Below, piece by piece: positions 44,969-52,697 of a DNA stretch of 64,000 bases (its first letter is position 1; each line of letters begins with the position of its first letter). Below the pieces are notes generated by a model. It searched no databases, was not told where the DNA came from, and saw only the letters and a list, made by a program, of their open reading frames with translations. The stretch is from the NCBI GenBank assembly GCA_903896925.1, contig CAITZM010000052.1:75375-139374 (forward strand). Reading direction: 5' to 3'. Source of the DNA: an uncultured Lentisphaerota bacterium (lineage in GTDB: Bacteria; Verrucomicrobiota; Kiritimatiellia; CAIQIC01). The translations under genes were made by a program, and so were the position numbers.

Positions 44969-46432
44969 TTATTTCTTCCCTTTTGCCGTCGGATACCGAT
45001 CGAAGACATCGCCCTGGCCGAGGATGCGCGGATCGTTCTGCCGCTTGAGCTCTGCGAAAAGTTTTTCGCGCAGCGCCGTCAGCTTGTCGCGATAGGCGGC
45101 ATCGGCAGCGAGGTTCTTCAAGCAGTCGGGATCGGCCGCGAGATCGAACAGCTCCTCGGCGGGACGTTTGCCGAAGCTCAGCTCCCAATAGCGGTTGCCC
45201 GGCTTCAGGTCCTCGATCAGTTTTTTCGTCGGCCCCTTGTCGGTGTCCAGCAGGTCGAGTTCGGGGTTGCCGCACGGCCAGCGGTCGGGCGCGAAGTTGT
45301 GGATGTAGTAGAGCTGGCCCTCGCGGATGGCGCGCGAGGGATAGCCGAGCCCCGCCTCGGTGCCGGGTCGCGCGCGCACATCGGTGCGCTCGCGGCCGAC
45401 GATCACGAAGGAGCGGTCGCGCTCCGGCTTCCCGCGCAGCAGATCCGTGAAGCTCCGGCCGGTGAGGGACGCCATGCCGGATTTCTCCGCGGCGACGCCG
45501 AGCAGTTCGAGGAACGTCGGCGCGAGGTCGATGAAGCTGATGAACCCGGTGCAGTGCGTGCCGGGTTTCTGGATGCCGCTCGGCCAGCAAGCGACGAACG
45601 GCATGCGGTTGGCGATGTCGTAGGTGTGGCCCTTCGAGCGCGGGAACGGCATGCCGTTATCGGAGGTGACGATGATCAGCGTGCTCTCCGCCAGGCCCGC
45701 CGCCTCCAGCGCGCGGAGGCACTCGCCGACCTCGGCATCGAACGCCTCGACCTCGGTCGCGTAGTCGAGCATATCGCCGCGCACCACCTCGTTATCCGGC
45801 CAGCAGCCCGGAACGTGCGTCACCTCGGCGATCTTTTTGCCCGCGGCAAGTCCGGCACCCAGCTTATAGGGACGATGCGGATTATGACTGCCGTACCAGA
45901 AGAAGAACGGCTTCGTTTTGTCGCGCGACTGGAGGAACGCTGCGAAGCCGCCACCCTGTTTCTTTTTGCCCGCCGGGTTCTGCAGTCCCCAGGTGCGGGG
46001 CTGGCCATCGGCCGTCAGCGCGAGGCCCGGCCCCCAGAACTTGCCCGTCGCGCCCACGTTGAGTCCGGCCGCGGCCATAGCCTCGGTGAACACCTTGAAC
46101 TTCGGCGGGAAAATAGCCTGATGATTGCCGGCCTCCTCGAGCTGCCACGGATTACGCCCGGTCAGGATCGCCGCGCGCGACGGCGCGCACTTGGCCGTCG
46201 GCGTGTACACGTTTTCGAAAATCAGCCCGCGTTGCGCGAGCCGGTCGATGTTCGGCGTCTTCACCCATATGCAGCCCGTCGCGCCGAAGTGCGAGGCATC
46301 ATCGGCGAGGATGAACAGGATGTTGGCCCTCTGCGGCGGGCTAGGTTTGTCCGCCGCCGCGGCACGGCCGGACAAGGCCACCGCCAGTGCGCCAGCCAGA
46401 AGCAGAACCCTGTGCCGCGTCATTGTACTCAT
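44969..46432 (-). CDS. S1-family sulfatase (CAPSR), head of a long minus-strand operon
   Basis: ORF 44969..46612; ATG at 46432 verified (MSTMTRHRVLLLAGALAVALSGRAAAAD; alt 46423), GGAAAGGA RBS. ILFILADDASHFGATGC...TPNIDRLA...PTAKCAPSRAAILTGR. Upstream is the 356-bp divergent intergenic region. Confidence 0.85.
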   Translation of the reverse strand: MSTMTRHRVLLLAGALAVALSGRAAAADKPSPPQRANILFILADDASHFGATGCIWVKTPNIDRLAQRGLIFENVYTPTAKCAPSRAAILTGRNPWQLEEAGNHQAIFPPKFKVFTEAMAAAGLNVGATGKFWGPGLALTADGQPRTWGLQNPAGKKKQGGGFAAFLQSRDKTKPFFFWYGSHNPHRPYKLGAGLAAGKKIAEVTHVPGCWPDNEVVRGDMLDYATEVEAFDAEVGECLRALEAAGLAESTLIIVTSDNGMPFPRSKGHTYDIANRMPFVACWPSGIQKPGTHCTGFISFIDLAPTFLELLGVAAEKSGMASLTGRSFTDLLRGKPERDRSFVIVGRERTDVRARPGTEAGLGYPSRAIREGQLYYIHNFAPDRWPCGNPELDLLDTDKGPTKKLIEDLKPGNRYWELSFGKRPAEELFDLAADPDCLKNLAADAAYRDKLTALREKLFAELKRQNDPRILGQGDVFDRYPTAKGKK

Positions 46433-46788
46433 AAGTTCCTTTCCCGCCCAACACCGCCGACAGACATCAAACGCGGGAACCCCCTCCCTATTGTGCCTGC
46501 CGAACAACTTGCGCCGGACTGCGAAGAGTGGCAGGCGCTGAGGTACCCCGGCCCCGTACGGAGCTTCACAGGGGAAACGCAGAGCGACGCGGCGCTTCCG
46601 CACAGGGAGCACTTCAGCTGGAAGCGGGGAAAGGTCACAGCTCTAATCGCTTGCCCAGCAAGTCGTTTTTCCGCTTGGCAAGACAAGCGCGCCTGCTTAT
46701 GGTGCTGCTGTGACAAAATATAAGGCTACATAAAAACAAGTTTTATGGCGTTCAATAACACTGTCGGGCAAAGAGAAGGGAACAAGAA
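46433..46788. promoter_or_regulatory. divergent intergenic region with AT-rich promoter-like stretch for the plus-strand LamG gene and short palindromes (CTTGCCCAGCAAG, CTTGGCAAG)
   Basis: Only >300-bp non-coding gap between divergently oriented genes. Contains ctgtgacaaaatataaggctacataaaaacaag and a GGGAA RBS before ATG 46789. Dyads gCTTGCccagCAAGtc and cgCTTGgCAAGac. Confidence 0.3.
46446..46497 (-). promoter_or_regulatory. conserved leader/promoter motif, copy A (upstream of sulfatase 44969..46432)
   Basis: cccaacaccgccgacagacatcaaacgcgggaaccccctccctattgtgcc is ~85% identical to 51225-51277 upstream of sulfatase 49843..51207. Sense-strand core GGCACAATAGGG-N-GGGTT(C/G)CCGCGTTTGATGTCTGTCGGC(G/T)GTGTTGGG ends ~18 nt before the ATG. 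Confidence 0.4.
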
Positions 46789-47802
46789 ATGAAACCGTGT
46801 AGGGTGGCCGTAGCAGGACTGTTTCTGGGTGTTTGTTGTCTATTTGCTGCGGAGACGAAGCCATCGCCTCCCACCAGTGTGACCCTCAGGACAAAGGACG
46901 GATCGAACCTAGTGGGAACCCCCATGGAGACAGATATCATCCTGGAAACAGCCATTGGGCGTGTTTCGGTGCCGCTCACACAGCTCAAGGGGATTGAGTG
47001 CGAACAAACCGCCGGCAAAACCAATGCGATCTTGCAGTTCACGAACGGCGACCGTCTGAGTGGAAGTTGGCAAGGAGAGGTGTTCGCTCTCGGGACGTCG
47101 TTCGGCGCTCAACAAGTGCCGCTCTCGCTGCTACGCTCTGTCACGGTCAGTTCGGTCGGCGGCACGACCGACAAGCAAGAGGGCTTGGTGCTGCACTATT
47201 CGTTCGGCAGCGACAAAGGCGGGCAGGTCATAGACACGACAGGCACGAACAACGCCATGGCCGCGGAAACGAAATGGACGGCCCTGGGCAAATCCGGCGG
47301 GGCGCTTGAATTCAATGGCATGGATTCCTGCATCACGCTGCCCAACCTCGAAGCGATCAACCGCCTGCATGCCATGACGTTTTCGGCCTGGGTTAACATC
47401 CGGACCATGCCCTCCGACTTCGCAGGCATCGCTTCGCGGCGGTCGCCAAGCGATCTCTGGTGGTTTGGCGTCAAGAACGGGCTCGGCCTGCAACTGTACT
47501 TGTCTGGCCGCGGAAACGGTGGCGACAGAACAACGGGCGCGGCAACCATTGCGACGGGGTCCTGGTACCATACGGCCTTTACGTATGAAGCCGGCAAGAC
47601 CAGCGCCATCTACATCAACGGCAAGCCCCTCAACGTTGTGCCCGTCACCGGCTCACTGCCAGGAGACGCGGGTACGCCAGTTCGCATTGGACGAGGGGTC
47701 GGAGCTTCGGAGACCTTTGATGGGACCATTGACGAGGTCATGATTTTCGACCACACCTTGACGGACGAGGAAGTCGCGCGCTTGTACGAAGCCGGCAAGT
47801 AG
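46789..47802 (+). CDS. secreted LamG (laminin-G_3/concanavalin-like) domain protein; only plus-strand gene in the window
   Basis: ATG start; MKPCRVAVAGLFLGVCCLFAAETKP. C-terminal LamG hallmark FDGTIDEVMIFDHTLTDEEVARLYEAGK. GC visibly lower (~55%) than the flanking sulfatases. Confidence 0.8.
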   Translation: MKPCRVAVAGLFLGVCCLFAAETKPSPPTSVTLRTKDGSNLVGTPMETDIILETAIGRVSVPLTQLKGIECEQTAGKTNAILQFTNGDRLSGSWQGEVFALGTSFGAQQVPLSLLRSVTVSSVGGTTDKQEGLVLHYSFGSDKGGQVIDTTGTNNAMAAETKWTALGKSGGALEFNGMDSCITLPNLEAINRLHAMTFSAWVNIRTMPSDFAGIASRRSPSDLWWFGVKNGLGLQLYLSGRGNGGDRTTGAATIATGSWYHTAFTYEAGKTSAIYINGKPLNVVPVTGSLPGDAGTPVRIGRGVGASETFDGTIDEVMIFDHTLTDEEVARLYEAGK

Positions 47803-47837
47803 AAGATGCGCAGCGCCTTCTGTCATTCCGGGCCTTC

Positions 47838-48060
47838 TTGCCAGGGCTCCTGAAAATCAACACTGGGTCTGCCCAGCGGGTGCATCGGGAGCGGCGGCAC
47901 TCCTGCCGCCGTAGAGAAAGCATTTGGCGTCAAACTGGTTCAGGCTATGGAGTGGCCAGGTGTTTGCGTGCGAGGGATGCGTGCCCTGCGTGCGTTTCTT
48001 TTCGGCGGCAGGAGTGCCGCCGCTCCGGCCAACCGGCACGGTTTTCAGAAGGGCCAGGGG
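47838..48060. repeat. nested inverted-repeat element (REP/BIME- or MITE-like), copy 2
   Basis: Shares with copy 1 the terminal GGCTCCTGAAAA...TTTTCAG(A/G)AGG motifs and the identical inner IR GGGAGCGGCGGCACTCCTGCCGCCGT (47888-47911) / CGGCGGCAGGAGTGCCGCCGCTCCGG (48004-48029). Sits in the convergent gap between the LamG gene and the 48166.. sulfatase. Confidence 0.55.
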
Positions 48061-48165
48061 AAACTGCAGAACCATGTTCTGAATGATTCTGCCGCCAAAT
48101 GATTCTGTCGTTCCGGATCCTCCCAAAGCCCCGAAACGCTGTTCAAGGTATGCTCACCCCAGCGG

Positions 48166-49821
48166 TCACTTCGCTTTGGCGGGAGGCGGGTTCGGCACGG
48201 AGTTGCGGGTGAATTCCTCTTTGCTGAGGTAGCCGTCCTTGTCCATATCGCGGGCGACGAACCATGCGGCGGCATCGGCGGGGTCGCGCTTCACCGAGAA
48301 CTCGGCCTTGTCGAGCTGGCCATCGTGATTGGTGTCGAGCTTCCCGAACAGCCCGGCGCGGCCGGGGCCCGGCCCGGCGCTGGCTTTGCCCTGCGGCTTT
48401 TTGGGGCCGCTGCCGAGCGGCAGCGGCAGGTAGTCGAAGTCCAGGATCATCTTCTCCTGCATCACGGACTTCAGTTCACGCGTCACGTCCTCGAGTCCCG
48501 GCTGGTCATAGAGGTTGTTCAGTTCGCTGGGGTCTTTTTCGAGGTCGTACAGCTCGTAGACGGCGCGCGGGCTGGTGAACCAGAGCTTCTCGAACTCGGA
48601 GGCGAGCTGCTGCTGCTCGTGCGCCTGGGTGATGTCCTTCCAACCGGGATCGCTGCCGCTATCCACCGGCGCATAGCGCAGGTTCGGCGTGACGTTATAG
48701 ATCAACTTGTATTTTGCGCTGCGGATGCAGCGGCTGTAGTCCACGGCGTTCGCCGAGGTGTGTTCGTCGAAGGTGGCGCCGCCGTGCGGGCCGCGTTCGG
48801 CAAAGATGTATTTGCGCTCGCCGGGGAACGCAGCGCCCTTGAGCAGCGGCAGGAAGCTCACGCCGCTCATGCGCGCGGGCGGCTTGAGTCCGGCAGCCTC
48901 GATGCACGTCGGGCCGAGGTCCTCGCCGGAGATGAGCGCGCTCGAGTCGCCGCCCGGCTTGATGATGCCGGGCCACCACAGGAGCAGCGGCACGTTCAGC
49001 CCGGGATCGTGCAAGGCTCCCTTGCCGCTGGGGAACGCCATGCCGTTATCGCCCATGAAAATGACGAGCGTGTTCTCGAGGCCGGCGCGCTCCTTGACGA
49101 TGTCGAGCACGCGCTGGAAGTCACCGTCGCAATGCTCGATCTCGCCCTCGTAGCGCGAGAGGTCGGCGCGCACGCCCGGCAGGTCGGGCAGGAAGCCGGG
49201 CACCTTGAGCTGCGCGGGATCGGGCGGGTTCTTGCCGGTGTTCCACGGATGGTGCGGGTCGCTGAAGCCGACCCAGAGGAAATACGGCTTGTCCTTGGGC
49301 CGCTGGTCGAAGAACTCCTTCATCTTGGCGGGCACCTGCTCCTGGCCGGACGCATCCACATAGTCGAAGCGGTCCTTGAAGGTGACCAGATGATGTTCAT
49401 CGAACACCTTCGCCGAAGCTTCCGGGCCGCGGCCGGAGCCATCGAGGTGATAGGTGCGGCCGCAGCAGCCGACGAAGTAGCCGCCTTCCTTGCGGAGGAC
49501 TTCCGGGAAGGTGATTTCGTCGCGTGGCAGCGGCGCGGAGAAGCGCGTCATGCGGCACGCCACCGCCGAGCGGCCGGTCATGAAACAGGCGCGCGAGGGC
49601 ACGCACTGCGGCGCGCCGGTGAACATGCGCCGGCACATGACGCCCTCGGCGGCGAACCGATCAAGGTTCGGCGTCTTCATTTCCTCACGCCCATAGCAGT
49701 GGATGAACGGGTAGCTGTGGTCATCGGAGAGGATGAACAGGATGTTCGGCTTCTCCGCGGCACAAACCCCAACGCCACACACAAGCAGCAGGGCCAACAC
49801 AGTCTGGCGGATCATGGTCAT
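48166..49821 (-). CDS. S1-family sulfatase (CVPSR) with C-terminal EF-hand pair
   Basis: ATG at 49821 verified (MTMIRQTVLALLLVCGVGVCAAEKP). ILFILSDDHSYPFIHCYG...TPNLDRFA...GAPQCVPSRACFMTGR. C-terminus DTNHDGQLDKAEF and DMDKDGYLSKEEF match the 12-residue EF-hand loop D-x-[DN]-x-DG-x-[IL]-x-x-x-E. Confidence 0.85.
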   Translation of the reverse strand: MTMIRQTVLALLLVCGVGVCAAEKPNILFILSDDHSYPFIHCYGREEMKTPNLDRFAAEGVMCRRMFTGAPQCVPSRACFMTGRSAVACRMTRFSAPLPRDEITFPEVLRKEGGYFVGCCGRTYHLDGSGRGPEASAKVFDEHHLVTFKDRFDYVDASGQEQVPAKMKEFFDQRPKDKPYFLWVGFSDPHHPWNTGKNPPDPAQLKVPGFLPDLPGVRADLSRYEGEIEHCDGDFQRVLDIVKERAGLENTLVIFMGDNGMAFPSGKGALHDPGLNVPLLLWWPGIIKPGGDSSALISGEDLGPTCIEAAGLKPPARMSGVSFLPLLKGAAFPGERKYIFAERGPHGGATFDEHTSANAVDYSRCIRSAKYKLIYNVTPNLRYAPVDSGSDPGWKDITQAHEQQQLASEFEKLWFTSPRAVYELYDLEKDPSELNNLYDQPGLEDVTRELKSVMQEKMILDFDYLPLPLGSGPKKPQGKASAGPGPGRAGLFGKLDTNHDGQLDKAEFSVKRDPADAAAWFVARDMDKDGYLSKEEFTRNSVPNPPPAKAK

Positions 49822-49842
49822 GTCAGGTCTCCCTCATGCTGG

Positions 49843-51207
49843 TCATTTCTTTTTCTTCCGCGGAGTGGCGCTGCCTTCGCCGCCGGGCGGGACGGCATGC
49901 TTCAGCCACGCATCAAGCTTGGCGCGCAATTCCTTGACCTTGTCCGGTTGCTGGGCGGCCAGATCGTGGGCCTCGCCAAGATCGTTGGCGAGATTATAGA
50001 GCGAGACGCCCTTGGCTGCGCCCGCCTCGCCGGCTTCCTCGCCACCCTTGTCGTTCGCGCCGATAAGCAGCTTCCAGTCGCCCGCGCGAAGAGCCACCCG
50101 CCCGGGCACGGTACCGCAGAGCAGCAACGAATCGTGCGGCGACTTCGCGCCCTGCGTGAGCACCGGCCAGACATCGAGGCCATCGGGCGGCAGTTTCTGG
50201 TCGAGCGAGCCGCCCGCCAGTTTCAGCAGCGTCGGATACCAGTCCACGGCGTGCAGCGGCTCGTCAATGACGGCCGCGGGGATGTGGCCGGGCCAGTTGG
50301 CGAAGGCGCACACGCGGACGCCGCCCTCGTAGATCGTGCCCTTGCCCGCGCGCAGCGGGCCGTTGGACGTGATCTTGCCGGGGCTGGGCCCGCCGTTGTC
50401 GCTGGAGAAAAGGATGAGCGTGTTGTCGCGGATTTTCTTCTCCTCGAGCGCGGCGAGCACCTGCCCGACCGCCTCATCCAGCGCCGCGACCATGCCCGCG
50501 TAGGTGCGGCGCGTGCCGGTGAGCTGGCCGTAGGGCTTGAGATAACTGTCCGGCACCTGGAACGGACCGTGCACGGCGTTGAACGGCAGATAGAGGAAGA
50601 GCGGCTTGCCGGCCGGCGACTCGCGGATCAACCGGCACGCCTCCTTGGCGATCAGGTGCGTGGAATAGCCCTCGTCGTGGCACGGCTGGTCGTCGCGGTG
50701 CCAGTCGAGCTGTGCGTCGCGCTGGTGGGTGAAGTAATCGATCATGCCGAACCACAGCCCGTACTGGTGATCGAAGCCGCGCTGCGTCGGCCGGTAGGCC
50801 GGCTGAAACTCGCCGAGGTGCCACTTGCCGGTGATCGCGGTGGCATAGCCCGCCTCGCGCAAGGCCTGCGCCAGCGTCCGCTCCTCCAGTTGCAGCCCCC
50901 ACGGCGCATTCGGCCGCACGATGGTATAGACGCCGGTGCGCACCGCATAACGGCCCGTCATCAGCGCCGCGCGCGTCGGCGAGCAGAGCGGCTGGACGTA
51001 GAACGATTTCAGGATCGCGCCGGCGCGGGCCAGCTTATCGAGGTGCGGCGTCTGGATCTCTTTGGAGCCATTGAAGCCCGCGTCCGCATAGCCCATGTCA
51101 TCGGCGAGGACGTAGAGGATGTTGGGCTTCTCCGCCGCGGCGGCCCGACTGGCCATGAGGGCGACCATCACACCAACCAGCATCGCAATCCTGCGCCACG
51201 TCATCAT
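49843..51207 (-). CDS. S1-family sulfatase (CSPTR), operon head
   Basis: ORF 49843..51258; ATG-ATG at 51207/51204 verified (MMTWRRIAMLVGVMVALMASRAAAAEKP), GGAAGGAAA RBS. ILYVLADDMGYADAGFNG...TPHLDKLA...VQPLCSPTRAALMTGRYAVR; C-terminus PRKKKK. Confidence 0.85.
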   Translation of the reverse strand: MMTWRRIAMLVGVMVALMASRAAAAEKPNILYVLADDMGYADAGFNGSKEIQTPHLDKLARAGAILKSFYVQPLCSPTRAALMTGRYAVRTGVYTIVRPNAPWGLQLEERTLAQALREAGYATAITGKWHLGEFQPAYRPTQRGFDHQYGLWFGMIDYFTHQRDAQLDWHRDDQPCHDEGYSTHLIAKEACRLIRESPAGKPLFLYLPFNAVHGPFQVPDSYLKPYGQLTGTRRTYAGMVAALDEAVGQVLAALEEKKIRDNTLILFSSDNGGPSPGKITSNGPLRAGKGTIYEGGVRVCAFANWPGHIPAAVIDEPLHAVDWYPTLLKLAGGSLDQKLPPDGLDVWPVLTQGAKSPHDSLLLCGTVPGRVALRAGDWKLLIGANDKGGEEAGEAGAAKGVSLYNLANDLGEAHDLAAQQPDKVKELRAKLDAWLKHAVPPGGEGSATPRKKKK

Positions 51208-51224
51208 CCCATGTTTCCTTCCGT

Positions 51225-51277
51225 GCCCAACACAGCCGACAGACATCAAACGCGGCAACCCTCGCCCTATTGTGCCC
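51225..51277 (-). promoter_or_regulatory. conserved leader/promoter motif, copy B (upstream of sulfatase 49843..51207)
   Basis: cccaacacagccgacagacatcaaacgcggcaaccctcgccctattgtgccc; see copy A at 46446-46497. Confidence 0.4.
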
Positions 51278-51617
51278 GCCCGGCGACTTGGCCTAGCCTG
51301 CGCAGAGATTCCAGACGCGAAAGGCAGGGCGCGCTCGCCGAGCGCGCCGCACCGAGCGCCGCTGCTCCTCCAACCTTAGCCCCATCGCCGCTTGGTCCGG
51401 ATTGATCTATCGGATGTCAGGCGCAGGCCGCGTTGCGGACGGCGCTTCCACCTTGCGAGGTCGGTGCTCTGCCGTGCTGTAGCCGGGGTGGCCGGGATCA
51501 CCGATCCCGGCTACAACGACCAGCCTCCCATCCCCGGAAGGGATGGAAGCAAGCGACATAACCATTCGCTGGCAAAATCATTCTAAAGCCAAGGCGTTGG
51601 GATGGCTGGCCGGAGGG

Positions 51618-52304
51618 CTATCTGGGGAAAGGCAGGTTAAGCTGCGGGTTTTGCGCCCGCAGCCTGCGAAAGTCCGTCAGCTGATCATCAGAGAGATACG
51701 TCCTGTTGTTGCCGCCTTCAGGAGCACCCGGCAGATGCACATGGGCCGGGATGATTTCCCCGGAAGGCAACCTGTGGGGTTCATGATAAATTTTCCAGGC
51801 ATCGGGAGGCAGTTGCGGCGCGGGACCCATCATCAGCTGCGCCCGCGCCAGCGCGTTGGTGGGCACCGGCAAACCTTGCACCGTGAACACGGCCGTTTCG
51901 GCGCCTTTGCGCAATTTGACGGACTGTTCGGCGTAATTGACCTCCTCCAAGGAGAAGCCATCTTCGGTCAACTCGCCTTCCCGCAGGGTGAACTGGTTGG
52001 TGACAGCCGGCCCAACAAAGCCAGCATGCACATGAAACCGCCCGGGGTTGGAAAGGTCAGGCGTCCTGGCCAACATGCACAAGCGCATGTTCTTCGCGAA
52101 ATCAGGGGTCACCCCCACCGGCTCAGGCCCCATTTTCCCGAAAGGATTCTTATCAACAATGATCTGGTAGTGATCCCAAGCGCCGGTGGCCTTGCCAGCC
52201 GTAGCTTCCGCAAGCGCATGGACCGGCACAACCGTCCAGCTCAAACACGCCAGCCCTGCAGCCAGCGTCCGTAATTCAACCCGCCTATGGAGAGTAAAGC
52301 CCAT
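51618..52304 (-). CDS. hypothetical secreted protein with two H-x-H motifs (cupin-like?)
   Basis: The track start at 52334 is TTG; ATG at 52304 verified (MGFTLHRRVELRTLAAGLACLSWTVVPVHALAEA). Motifs GRFHVHAGFVGP and PSGEIIPAHVHLPG. Codon usage is less GC3-biased than the sulfatases. The antisense plus-strand ORF 51543..52274 is Arg-rich and was rejected. Confidence 0.5.
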   Translation of the reverse strand: MGFTLHRRVELRTLAAGLACLSWTVVPVHALAEATAGKATGAWDHYQIIVDKNPFGKMGPEPVGVTPDFAKNMRLCMLARTPDLSNPGRFHVHAGFVGPAVTNQFTLREGELTEDGFSLEEVNYAEQSVKLRKGAETAVFTVQGLPVPTNALARAQLMMGPAPQLPPDAWKIYHEPHRLPSGEIIPAHVHLPGAPEGGNNRTYLSDDQLTDFRRLRAQNPQLNLPFPR

Positions 52305-52697
52305 TTGAGTCAGCTGTCTTTTCCCGTCCGGCAACTCCCGCGACCCGCGCGGGAGATAGAACTTTTCGCGGGCATTTTAGGCCCGCCGTGGAGCCCCACA
52401 AGCTTTTTCCCGCAGCATGGAACACGTTGAATCGCAAGACACGGAAGCACCATGGATTCGGTTTTGCACTTTGCAGGATCCGGTAGCTGCACCCGTGAGG
52501 ATACGGCTGGCCGCATTCTCACGAATGCGGCTACAGCGAGGATTCTGCTGGAAGTAGCCGCGCTCGTCAGAGTGCGGCCAGCCTCAGCACCACCCCAACC
52601 AACCATCAGATCGCTCCATGCTGGCAAAGCTTCCACCCGCTTCCGTAACCGACTCGTGGGAGTGCGGCGGGGTTGCGCGGCACCAGCAGTTCGGCGT

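Noticed and set aside
46470-46500. Sigma-54 style reading of the conserved leader (GGCAC-N5-GGAGG)
   Set aside because: The -12 GC element is absent; the motif does not fit TGGCAC-N5-TTGCW.
51543-52274. Plus-strand 243-aa ORF
   Set aside because: Arg-rich antisense shadow of the minus-strand secreted-protein gene 51618..52304, which has a signal peptide and balanced composition.
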